A stretch of 64,000 nucleotides of DNA from contig JBMOPW010000007.1 in the NCBI GenBank assembly GCA_049322915.1, forward strand, positions 96,001 to 160,000, read 5' to 3'. Below the pieces are notes generated by a model that saw only the letters and a program-made list of their open reading frames with translations, had not been told where the DNA came from and searched no databases. Source of the DNA: Candidatus Zhuqueibacterota bacterium (GTDB lineage: Bacteria > Zhuqueibacterota > Zhuqueibacteria > Thermofontimicrobiales > Thermofontimicrobiaceae). The position numbers and the translations under genes were made by a program. This document shows, piece after piece, positions 49,628 to 58,086 of the stretch (its first letter is position 1; the number at the start of each line of letters is the position of its first letter).

Positions 49628-50191
49628 TTATTTTTCTTCAGAAAAAATGTTCTTCAACTCGGCGCCGGCGTCCATGATTTTTTCGATATATTTCAGCGGG
49701 ATTTTCTTTTCCCTGGCAATGCCGCTGAAAAAATTGTCATCGTCGCCGCTCTGAACCGCGATGATATAGTCGGCGTTTTCAGCCGATAGTTTATTGAATT
49801 CATCCGACAACTTCCCGCGCCGTGCTTTGCCGCCGACATGCATGGTGATTATTTTCATGTTGGCAGCGCGCGCCGCCTTTATCAACGCATCCACGCGTTC
49901 CAACTCCTGGTTTTTATCGATCTTGGCGGCGCCCAATCCCTTGGTGCTGCCCCCGGCGACCAGGATGAGCGCTGCATTGCCCTTCAGTACATCCGGCGTG
50001 GCCAATTTGTCGAATGCAAAGGCGATGTTGTTCTTCTGGGCCAGGATTTTCACCATGAGCGCATCGGCGCTTTGACCGGCAGCCGTGATGAGCACCGGCG
50101 GTTTCGCTTTAAAATCCGAAGCATGCGCCAGACAAACGGCCATGAAAAGAATGAAAATCATCATACCATAAATTCGAAATACTTTCATCAT
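49628..50191 (-). CDS. DUF6305-like exported protein
   Basis: Signal peptide; PVLITAAGQSAD, GGSTKGLGAA, HVGGKARRG..SD. Confidence 0.75.
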   Translation of the reverse strand: MMKVFRIYGMMIFILFMAVCLAHASDFKAKPPVLITAAGQSADALMVKILAQKNNIAFAFDKLATPDVLKGNAALILVAGGSTKGLGAAKIDKNQELERVDALIKAARAANMKIITMHVGGKARRGKLSDEFNKLSAENADYIIAVQSGDDDNFFSGIAREKKIPLKYIEKIMDAGAELKNIFSEEK

Positions 50192-50525
50192 AATCTCCTG
50201 CATGTTAGTAGTAAATTATTCATGTCGAAACGATAATTCGCCAAAGACGCGATGATTGACGTGATCGCCGGGTCGAAGTTTTTGCGTTGCGCATGTTGAT
50301 TCCAGCGTGGCCCCGGTCTGGTTCTGACGCTAAAACGCTTGTGCCCTGCGCGACCCACATCATCACGTTGTGAATTCACTTTTTGTTCAGATCGATTTTT
50401 ATAAAAAACCCAGGTCATGATTCGACCTGTGGCAGTCATTTCACAATGTCCGTGCATTGGGGCAGCGTGTTTCTCTCTAAACGCCTGAAGCAGAGAGCGC
50501 GCCGGCTGTAATTATTTTTTTTACC

Positions 50526-51644
50526 TCAATTCAAATACGCGCCCAATCCGGCTGCCTGCAATTCGAAATAGTCCGGGATGTTTTGGACGACGATGGACTC
50601 CCCAGGATGGTACTCATTCCAGACCTGAAAGATCGTCTGAAGCGCGGCCAAATGTCGTCCGACGCGCTCCACCATGGGAATGCCCTCGGCCGGATACTCC
50701 ACCTCCAGCAGTCCGTGCTGAGCCGCTTCGTGATAAAAGCGGTCCTTGCCGCTCAGAACGACATCCTCTGTCAACCGGCCGTGATAGCGGCCCTGCACCG
50801 TATTGGCCGATTCCATGAGAATTGCCGGGATATTCAGAAAATCGCCCCATTCCCGGTGCGACAGGCCGTGGAAATTCTGCGGCGATGGTTCAATGTTAAA
50901 ATTTAATCCCTGCATTTGCAGATTGATGATAGCCTCGCCGGCCAAATCCGACGCCAGGGGATGCGCGACCACCGCGTTGATGACCGGGTACTCCGGCGAT
51001 GCCTCGTGTAAATCAAAGCCCAGGTCGACCTGTTCCTGTTTCATCAATTCCATGATAGCGAAAGCGATTTTCTCGGTCATGGCGCCATTGGGCCGGCCGG
51101 GATAGGATCGATTCAGATTGCGCGTTTCACTGCCGGAGAGCTTTTGGCCGGAGGGATAATGGAGATACACCTCAGGGTCTGGCCACTGATCCACGGGATT
51201 GGTGCAGCGCGAGCCGAAACGAAACCAGCGCTCCCCGTTCTTCCCATGAATGGTGAAACGCTGGGGATTCCCTTCCTGGGGATCGTTGTGGGTGAAGGCG
51301 CTGTTATTGGCGCGCGGAATGATGATGAATTGCCCCTGATCCACAGCGCAATTTTCAATCAGAAACAGAGCCGATAAAAAGCCAGCCGGCTCGTTGGGAT
51401 GAGTCCCACCCAACAGCAGCACTGTGGCGCCGGCGGTTTTCCCGCGGAGCAAATAGACTTCAGTGTCGCCGTGGCTGTTTTTCAGATCGGGAAAATAGTC
51501 GCTCAGCATCCGCTTCTCCGTGACGCCTGGGCCGGGAAAGATCGGCTCCGGCTGACGCATTTTCAAAAATGATTTGGCAGAGACAACCGTGATGCCGATG
51601 CTGATCGCCAGAAAGAGGAGAGCTAAAAGTGAGTGGCGTTTCAT
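50526..51644 (-). CDS. Succinylglutamate desuccinylase/aspartoacylase family protein
   Basis: N-terminal TM; GGTHPNE, RNLNRSYPG, DLHEASPEYP, HREWGD. Confidence 0.85.
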   Translation of the reverse strand: MKRHSLLALLFLAISIGITVVSAKSFLKMRQPEPIFPGPGVTEKRMLSDYFPDLKNSHGDTEVYLLRGKTAGATVLLLGGTHPNEPAGFLSALFLIENCAVDQGQFIIIPRANNSAFTHNDPQEGNPQRFTIHGKNGERWFRFGSRCTNPVDQWPDPEVYLHYPSGQKLSGSETRNLNRSYPGRPNGAMTEKIAFAIMELMKQEQVDLGFDLHEASPEYPVINAVVAHPLASDLAGEAIINLQMQGLNFNIEPSPQNFHGLSHREWGDFLNIPAILMESANTVQGRYHGRLTEDVVLSGKDRFYHEAAQHGLLEVEYPAEGIPMVERVGRHLAALQTIFQVWNEYHPGESIVVQNIPDYFELQAAGLGAYLN

Positions 51645-51652
51645 CGAATTCC

Positions 51653-51796
51653 CTATTTGATTAATAGTATGCGCAGCAGAAATGGAATTATCAGGATGAT
51701 GTGCGTCAGTTGATCTTTCCAGTTTTTCTCGTGAAATAAATCAACGATGGTGAGCACGAGAAACAGGGCTGTGATGAACAGATACACGATTTTCAT
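51653..51796 (-). CDS. 47-aa two-helix membrane protein (absent from ORF track)
   Basis: MKIVYLFITALFLVLTIVDLFHEKNWKDQLTHIILIIPFLLRILLIK. It fills the gap between the permease and the desuccinylase on the same strand. Confidence 0.75.
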   Translation of the reverse strand: MKIVYLFITALFLVLTIVDLFHEKNWKDQLTHIILIIPFLLRILLIK

Positions 51797-51811
51797 GGTT
51801 CAAAACCTTTT

Positions 51812-53089
51812 TCAAAAGACCAGGAATTTTGCTAACGGATTCGCGAACAGAATCATGCCAATCCCGTACAGGGCTATCAGCACAGCGTAGGGCAGGCAGA
51901 CTTTGAGTATCTTGAAATAGCTTGGTTCACCGACAACCTGGGCTGCGAAAATGCCTGCCAATGCTGTGGGCGGCATCAGATCGCCGAGGCTGGCGATGAG
52001 CGTGAGCCCCGAGGCAACGATGATTTCGTTTCTGCCCAGCAACGCCAGCAGGAAGGGCACGCCCAAAACGTAAGACGCCCCGTACGAAGAGATCGCGCCA
52101 AACAACGGCAGGCTGAACATGATACCGACAAAGAGCCAGAACGAGGGTAATTTCACGGCATTCACAATCAGATAGCCGCGCACCCCGGTCAGGCTCATGA
52201 CCTGAATGAACATGCCGATGCCGATCAGAATTCCCATCACCGGCAGCGCATTGTGAACCGCTTTGCGGGCGACTGTGACGAAGTTGAAGTCGCGGCCGGA
52301 CCGATAGGCGGCCAGGCTGCCGATGAAGAAAATGAGCGGCATGCCCAGCGAGGTGTAATCGTTCGGGAAAATGCGGCTCACCAGCATGAGCACGATGACG
52401 ATGCCGATTGGAATGAACAGTCGCGCGCTGCGATGATCCAACTGGAATTCTGACATTTCAATCTTTATTTTTTCGATGTCGACGGTTCTGACGTAGCTGT
52501 AGCCCAGAAACAGCGTGGTCACAATGGCCAATGGCAGGGTTGCAAACAGAAGCGGCAGATCAAATCCAATATACGGCATGTCCACGCCGCCGCCGATGAT
52601 CATGACCGGCACATTGATGGGCGGGGCGATCATCCCGTACAACGCGGCCATAGCGATGATGGCGCCGACTTTGACGCGGGGCAAGCCCAGATGCAGCAGC
52701 GCCGGAGCGACAATGGCGCCGGTGGTCAGTACGCAGGCTGACGAAAGTCCGGTGATCATGCCGGGGAACATGATGAACAGGGTGATCAGCGACAGCATCC
52801 AGAACGGCCTGTGATTCAGATGAATGATGATGAGGCGGCTGATTTCGCCTAATGCCCCGGTCTCTTTGATGATCTCCATAAATACCATAGCGGAGGCAAT
52901 GATCAGAATCGCATCGAGGTACGCGAACGATCCTTCGACGAGATGACGCAGGGGTAAACCATACCCGCCGGCCAGGGCGCCAATGATGGATGAGATTGCG
53001 AGCGATACACCAATGGGAAATTTTCCTAAGAAAACGGCAAGAGCAAAAGCAGCGATCATGAGAATGAGCAGGTAAAATTCTAACGGCAT
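51812..53089 (-). CDS. TRAP/ion-transporter superfamily large permease (DctM-like)
   Basis: About 11-12 TM helices; FPGMITG, GMIAPPINVP, GDLMPPT. Confidence 0.85.
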   Translation of the reverse strand: MPLEFYLLILMIAAFALAVFLGKFPIGVSLAISSIIGALAGGYGLPLRHLVEGSFAYLDAILIIASAMVFMEIIKETGALGEISRLIIIHLNHRPFWMLSLITLFIMFPGMITGLSSACVLTTGAIVAPALLHLGLPRVKVGAIIAMAALYGMIAPPINVPVMIIGGGVDMPYIGFDLPLLFATLPLAIVTTLFLGYSYVRTVDIEKIKIEMSEFQLDHRSARLFIPIGIVIVLMLVSRIFPNDYTSLGMPLIFFIGSLAAYRSGRDFNFVTVARKAVHNALPVMGILIGIGMFIQVMSLTGVRGYLIVNAVKLPSFWLFVGIMFSLPLFGAISSYGASYVLGVPFLLALLGRNEIIVASGLTLIASLGDLMPPTALAGIFAAQVVGEPSYFKILKVCLPYAVLIALYGIGMILFANPLAKFLVF

Positions 53090-53436
53090 CAGATCTCCAT
53101 CTTAACCTGTTTTACGTTGCTTGAAATGATTCATGGATTTTTAGGATAGCCAGATGATTGAATCATCAAAACACGCAGCGATGCAACCCGTGCGACTCTT
53201 GCCGCTGATTGAAACGGACAGCGCACGGTGCTTCAGCGATCTCGATGAAATCCAAATCTGAAAAGATTAAGTATACAATGAATCTGTGAAAAATGCAAGA
53301 AAAATTTCGATATAGCTGGCAGTGGATTTTCCAGGTGCGCTGTGACGAGTTACACCTGTATCGCTGCATATTTTTGCGCGTCCCGGCGCCGGTGAAATTA
53401 TGTCGTGCAGGGAGCGATCCGGCGCAAAGTTTTTTC

Positions 53437-53465
53437 TTGACATTTATTTAATATTTGATTACAAT
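53437..53465 (+). promoter_or_regulatory. Sigma70-type promoter of the TonB/T9SS module
   Basis: TTGACA-N17-TACAAT. Confidence 0.75.
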
Positions 53466-53623
53466 TACTTGTGCAGCAAAACAAAGTTATCGATTCTCTC
53501 AATTCACATCCCTTGCCTTAATCAAAACAATTCCCTATCTATCCCGAAGGAGGTGGTTGCCTCAGACGAACAATTCCACAATTCACCATATCCATAACAA
53601 CAATTTTATCAGGAGAACTCAAA

Positions 53624-55177
53624 ATGGCAAAGAGAGTTACAGTGTTTTTGATGAGTGTTATCTTTATCATGACGGCAGCTTTGGCGTTGGCTCAAGTTTC
53701 CCCTTCAAAAATAGCTCCGACAGATAATACCTATGGTATCAATTACAACAATGGGAGCTGCATCGATCGCGCTCCCAATGGTCAGGTGCTTTGTGTTTGG
53801 GCGACCGGCGACGCGTACAACAAACAGGTATTGTGGTCAATCTATGATAATGATTTTCTATTCTGGTGGACCCCGCAGGTGCTCGGGAATGGAAATGGGG
53901 ATCGCACTACACCGACTGTCATCGCGGATGATATGAATCATTTCCACGCCACATGGAGCGATAATTACACACTCATGTATTCTCAGTTCGATGGCACAAA
54001 CTGGACAACACCCACAGTCGTCTGGAATGATACCGTCGATGCCAATAAAAATAGCATCGTCATTGGCAGCGATGGGAAAATCTGGATTGCCTGGAGCACG
54101 TATCGGCAGGCGGATAATGTGAACGAGTGGCTGATGATCTGCAACAGCACCGATAACGGCCTGACCTGGAACCCTCCTGACACACTGGCAAAAGATATGC
54201 ACCCCGGAATCATCTCGTCCTATTTTTGCGTGCCTCATCTGGCAGCCGGACCCGATGGTAAAATTGCTGTCGCCTATCGGGAGAAGGACACCAATATCAG
54301 CGCCTTCTATCAGGTCTTTTATCAGGAATACAGCGGTGGCACATGGACGGATGCAGCTATGATTACGGATTATGCGCTCACTGTCGATTGCTATCAGGCA
54401 TCGATCGAATATGATTCCAAAGGAAGATTGCATTGCGCATTTTACACGGATGAAGTGGACTGGCCCAGCGTGGATCTGGGACAAATTTATTACACCTGGA
54501 AAGATGAGGGCGGACTCTGGTCTGCTCCTGTGGCCATTTCTCATGTAGCAGATGGAAAAGCCGATTATCCTGCCATTGCCATTGGCGATAATGACGCGCT
54601 CTACGTGACGTATTTGCAAAATAGTCCCGTCTCCGCCAGTGGCAAACTTCAGGTTTTTGCCGTCACGTCCGATGACCGAGGCACCACATGGAGCGATTCC
54701 GCTCGAATCAGCGACGGCACCGTGAACATGGATTTGCGCTCTGTCAGCATTGGCAAACATCCCCGAGCGACCGGCGCGAATTTCCAGGGCGGCGCTGATC
54801 TGTGCTGGATAGAACCGGATGTTTCAGAGCCGGATGGTTACTCCCTGCACTACGGCCGCATTCCCTGGGTGGAAACGACGGGCGTTGCATCGAATAACAA
54901 CCCGGATGTCCCGACGACATTCCGCTTGGGACAAAATTACCCCAATCCATTCAATCCCACGACCACCATTCAATTCGATCTGAAAACTGCCGGACATGTC
55001 GAGCTGACAGTTTACTCGCTCACCGGCCAGCAAGTCGCACGACTGGCGAATGAAGCAATGCCTGCCGGGTATCATCGCGTGCAGTTCGATGCGACCGGGT
55101 TCAGTTCCGGAATTTATATGTACAAACTAACGACGGATAATTTCACTGCGACAAGGAAAATGTTGTTGCTGCAATAG
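53624..55177 (+). CDS. Secreted BNR/Asp-box (beta-propeller-like) protein with T9SS C-terminal domain
   Basis: Signal peptide; STDNGLTW and SDDRGTTW Asp-boxes; QNYPNPFNP...SSGIYMY CTD. Confidence 0.8.
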   Translation: MAKRVTVFLMSVIFIMTAALALAQVSPSKIAPTDNTYGINYNNGSCIDRAPNGQVLCVWATGDAYNKQVLWSIYDNDFLFWWTPQVLGNGNGDRTTPTVIADDMNHFHATWSDNYTLMYSQFDGTNWTTPTVVWNDTVDANKNSIVIGSDGKIWIAWSTYRQADNVNEWLMICNSTDNGLTWNPPDTLAKDMHPGIISSYFCVPHLAAGPDGKIAVAYREKDTNISAFYQVFYQEYSGGTWTDAAMITDYALTVDCYQASIEYDSKGRLHCAFYTDEVDWPSVDLGQIYYTWKDEGGLWSAPVAISHVADGKADYPAIAIGDNDALYVTYLQNSPVSASGKLQVFAVTSDDRGTTWSDSARISDGTVNMDLRSVSIGKHPRATGANFQGGADLCWIEPDVSEPDGYSLHYGRIPWVETTGVASNNNPDVPTTFRLGQNYPNPFNPTTTIQFDLKTAGHVELTVYSLTGQQVARLANEAMPAGYHRVQFDATGFSSGIYMYKLTTDNFTATRKMLLLQ

Positions 55178-55185
55178 TCTGAGCC

Positions 55186-55221
55186 AGAAAGGCATGGGGA
55201 TCATCTCCATGCCTTTCTTTT
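55186..55221 (+). terminator. Intrinsic terminator/attenuator between the T9SS protein and TonB receptor
   Basis: AGAAAGGCATGG-GGATCATCT-CCATGCCTTTCTTTTT. Confidence 0.75.
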
Positions 55222-55256
55222 TGAAATAAACGGCCAGACCTTTAGGAGGAGATGAA

Positions 55257-58061
55257 ATGCGCAAAAAAAATATTGGTTTTCTTGTCGTCCTTATTGGGTT
55301 GTGCTCCACACTGACATTCGCCGGGACAACCGGCAAAATCGCCGGCACGGTTGTGGATAAAGAATCCCGGGAGCCGCTGATTGGGACGAATATCATTATC
55401 GTTGGTACACCCATGGGCGCTGCCACGGATATGTCCGGCAATTTTTTCATCAACAATATTCCACCGGGCACCTATCGATTGGAAGTGCGAATGATGGGAT
55501 ATAAGAGCGCCATGGTGAGGGATGTGCATGTGACCACCGATTTGACCACCGAGGTGAATATCGCGCTGGAAATTTCCATCATCGAAGGGGAGATGGTGAC
55601 CCTGGTCGCCGAAAGGCCTCTCGTGGAGAAGGATGTGACAGCAAAAATGGCTGTCGTTTCCGGACAGGATATCGCCGAGCGGATGCCGGTAGCGAATATT
55701 CAGGAAGTTCTGAGTTTGCAAGCCGGATTTGTAGAAGGCGAAAATGATGGCGCGCTGTTCTTGCGCGGCGGTCGGCAGGGTGAAGTGGCGCTTTATATCG
55801 ATGGCGTTCTGGTGGAAGATCCCATCAATCGGGGATTCGGCAGCGGCATCGATGTGAACATGGTTCAGGAGCTCTCGGTCCTCACCGGCGGCTTCAATGC
55901 CGAGTATGGCAATGCTATGAGCGGGGTGATTAACATCACCACCAAAGAGGGGGGAAGCGAGTTTCAGGGTAAAGTGCAATTCGAGAGCCCCATGCTCAAT
56001 GCCTCGCCGTATCACGAGGCGGACTGGATGCTCAATTCGAGCCTCGTGGAGGGACTGACCGAACAGGAGAAATTGGAATACTACGACGCTGTGCGTTATT
56101 ACTCCTCGCCGGACGATACCATCGGCACGTCGCGCTACAGCCATGTGAGTGTGCTGGACGATCCGGTTGGAAAAGAATTCGTCAAGATCCCCATTCTGGG
56201 ACAGTTCAATGCCAGTTTGAGCGGCCCGGTTCCGGGACTGGCTGGCCTGAGCTTTTTCGCGTCAGGGCAATTCAGCAATCAAAACAGCTATTTGCCATGG
56301 GGCTTCGATTTGCAGCGGCAACTTTTTGGCAAACTGAGCTATAGTATTTCGCCGAAAATTAAACTGGCGCTGGATGTGCAGAACACGTGGAATTACCGTC
56401 AGGATTACACCCATGGCTACAAATACATTCCGCCGAGTTACAATGATCCGGACGATGCATTGAATTACAATTCCCTGCTCGTGGGCCAGCGCGGATTGAT
56501 CCGGGAATTCACCGACCGGCAGGCGATTTCCCTGACGCACACGCTGTCGCCGTCGACATTTTATACGTTCAATTTCCAGCGTCTCTTCCGGCGCGAGATG
56601 CAGAATATCATCGGCAAATCGTTCATTTACGATGAAGCGACCGGCGCCCTGGTGGACACAGTTCAATCCAGCTACGATAAATTGACCTACATTTTCGGCA
56701 CTGAGACCGATTTCCAGGGGGGCGATGACCGCGACTGGTATCGCAGCCTGTCCACCACGTACAACGCAAAATTCGATCTGACCAGTCAGCTTCACAAGAA
56801 TCACCAGTTGAAAGCCGGTTTTGATTTCAAACAGCACGACATATTTCGGCATGCGATTCGCGATCCGTGGCCGGGTGCGTTTCGCCATCGTCTGGAATAC
56901 TACGAAAAAGATCCGTGGGAAGGGGCTATCTACGTTCAGGACAAAATGGAATACGATTTCATGATTCTGAACTTTGGCCTGCGAATGGATTATGCCCGCG
57001 CCAATGATACCTATTGGCCCGATCCCGGCGACATACAGGAGACCGTGACGGTGGTGGACGAGTTCGGCAATTCCACCAAAGAGTTTCGGTTCAAAGAACG
57101 AGTCAAAGTGCCGGATCGCTACCAACTCAGTCCCCGCATTGGGCTGGCGCATCCGGTGACCGAACGGCTGGTTTTTCATTTTTCATACGGCCATTTTTTC
57201 CAGAATCCCAGCTACTATCATCTGTTCCGCAATGACTGCTCCCTGCTAAATCTGGAAGAATCGGATGTGATTATTGGAAATCCCGGGCTGAAACCGCAGA
57301 AGACGGTGGCCTTTGAGGTCGGCGGGAAGTACCAGATTTACGAGGACATCGCCCTGGATTTCACCGGATTTTACAAGGATATCCGCGACCTGACCACCAC
57401 AAAATTCTTCGCGCGACAGCCTTACCACTACACTATTTACATCAATGAAGATTACGGTCGCGTGAAAGGCTTTGACATCACGCTGACGAAAAAGTATTCT
57501 CATTATTTTTCCGGCAAACTCAATTACACTTATAGCGTCGCTCAGGGCAGCGGTTCCGATCCGCTGGCAGGTTATTATTACCGCGAGGAAGAAGCGTACC
57601 TGCGTCCGAAAAAAGAGGTGTATCTGGATTTTGACCGCACCCATGATTTGTCGGTCAACCTGGATTTGCGGTTCCCCGATGAATTTGGTCCGCTCTTTTT
57701 TGGCAGGAAAATTTTCTCCAATACCGGTTTCAACCTGTTGTTTCAGTTGTCCAGCGGCTTGCCGTATACGCCCTCGGAACAGGGAGCGCTCAGCCTGGAG
57801 CCAAATTCGGAACGGAAGAACTGGGTGAATACAGTGGACATCCGCGCGGATAAATTGATTCAGGTGATGGGATTGGATCTGGTCGGCTACGTGAAGGTCA
57901 CCAATTTATTTGATCACATCAATGTTCAGCAAGTGTGGGCAGCGACCGGCGATCCCTGGCAGAATGATCCGCAGTCCAATATTACCAAAGACCGCCAGGC
58001 CAATCCTGATAATGTGGGGCCGCGGCGCGATATCCGACTCGGCTGCTACATCAAATTTTAA
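55257..58061 (+). CDS. TonB-dependent receptor
   Basis: GTTGKIAGTVVD N-terminal domain, RGGR, TGGFNAEYGNAMSGVINI plug, SPRIG, C-terminal Phe. Confidence 0.93.
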   Translation: MRKKNIGFLVVLIGLCSTLTFAGTTGKIAGTVVDKESREPLIGTNIIIVGTPMGAATDMSGNFFINNIPPGTYRLEVRMMGYKSAMVRDVHVTTDLTTEVNIALEISIIEGEMVTLVAERPLVEKDVTAKMAVVSGQDIAERMPVANIQEVLSLQAGFVEGENDGALFLRGGRQGEVALYIDGVLVEDPINRGFGSGIDVNMVQELSVLTGGFNAEYGNAMSGVINITTKEGGSEFQGKVQFESPMLNASPYHEADWMLNSSLVEGLTEQEKLEYYDAVRYYSSPDDTIGTSRYSHVSVLDDPVGKEFVKIPILGQFNASLSGPVPGLAGLSFFASGQFSNQNSYLPWGFDLQRQLFGKLSYSISPKIKLALDVQNTWNYRQDYTHGYKYIPPSYNDPDDALNYNSLLVGQRGLIREFTDRQAISLTHTLSPSTFYTFNFQRLFRREMQNIIGKSFIYDEATGALVDTVQSSYDKLTYIFGTETDFQGGDDRDWYRSLSTTYNAKFDLTSQLHKNHQLKAGFDFKQHDIFRHAIRDPWPGAFRHRLEYYEKDPWEGAIYVQDKMEYDFMILNFGLRMDYARANDTYWPDPGDIQETVTVVDEFGNSTKEFRFKERVKVPDRYQLSPRIGLAHPVTERLVFHFSYGHFFQNPSYYHLFRNDCSLLNLEESDVIIGNPGLKPQKTVAFEVGGKYQIYEDIALDFTGFYKDIRDLTTTKFFARQPYHYTIYINEDYGRVKGFDITLTKKYSHYFSGKLNYTYSVAQGSGSDPLAGYYYREEEAYLRPKKEVYLDFDRTHDLSVNLDLRFPDEFGPLFFGRKIFSNTGFNLLFQLSSGLPYTPSEQGALSLEPNSERKNWVNTVDIRADKLIQVMGLDLVGYVKVTNLFDHINVQQVWAATGDPWQNDPQSNITKDRQANPDNVGPRRDIRLGCYIKF

Positions 58062-58086
58062 TGTGAATCTAATGAAGGAACGTGCA

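Noticed and set aside
50200..50525. 330-bp gap inside the leftward operon, with an 89-aa ORF
   Set aside because: The ORF lacks an RBS and protein-like features, and no convincing RNA structure is visible by eye.
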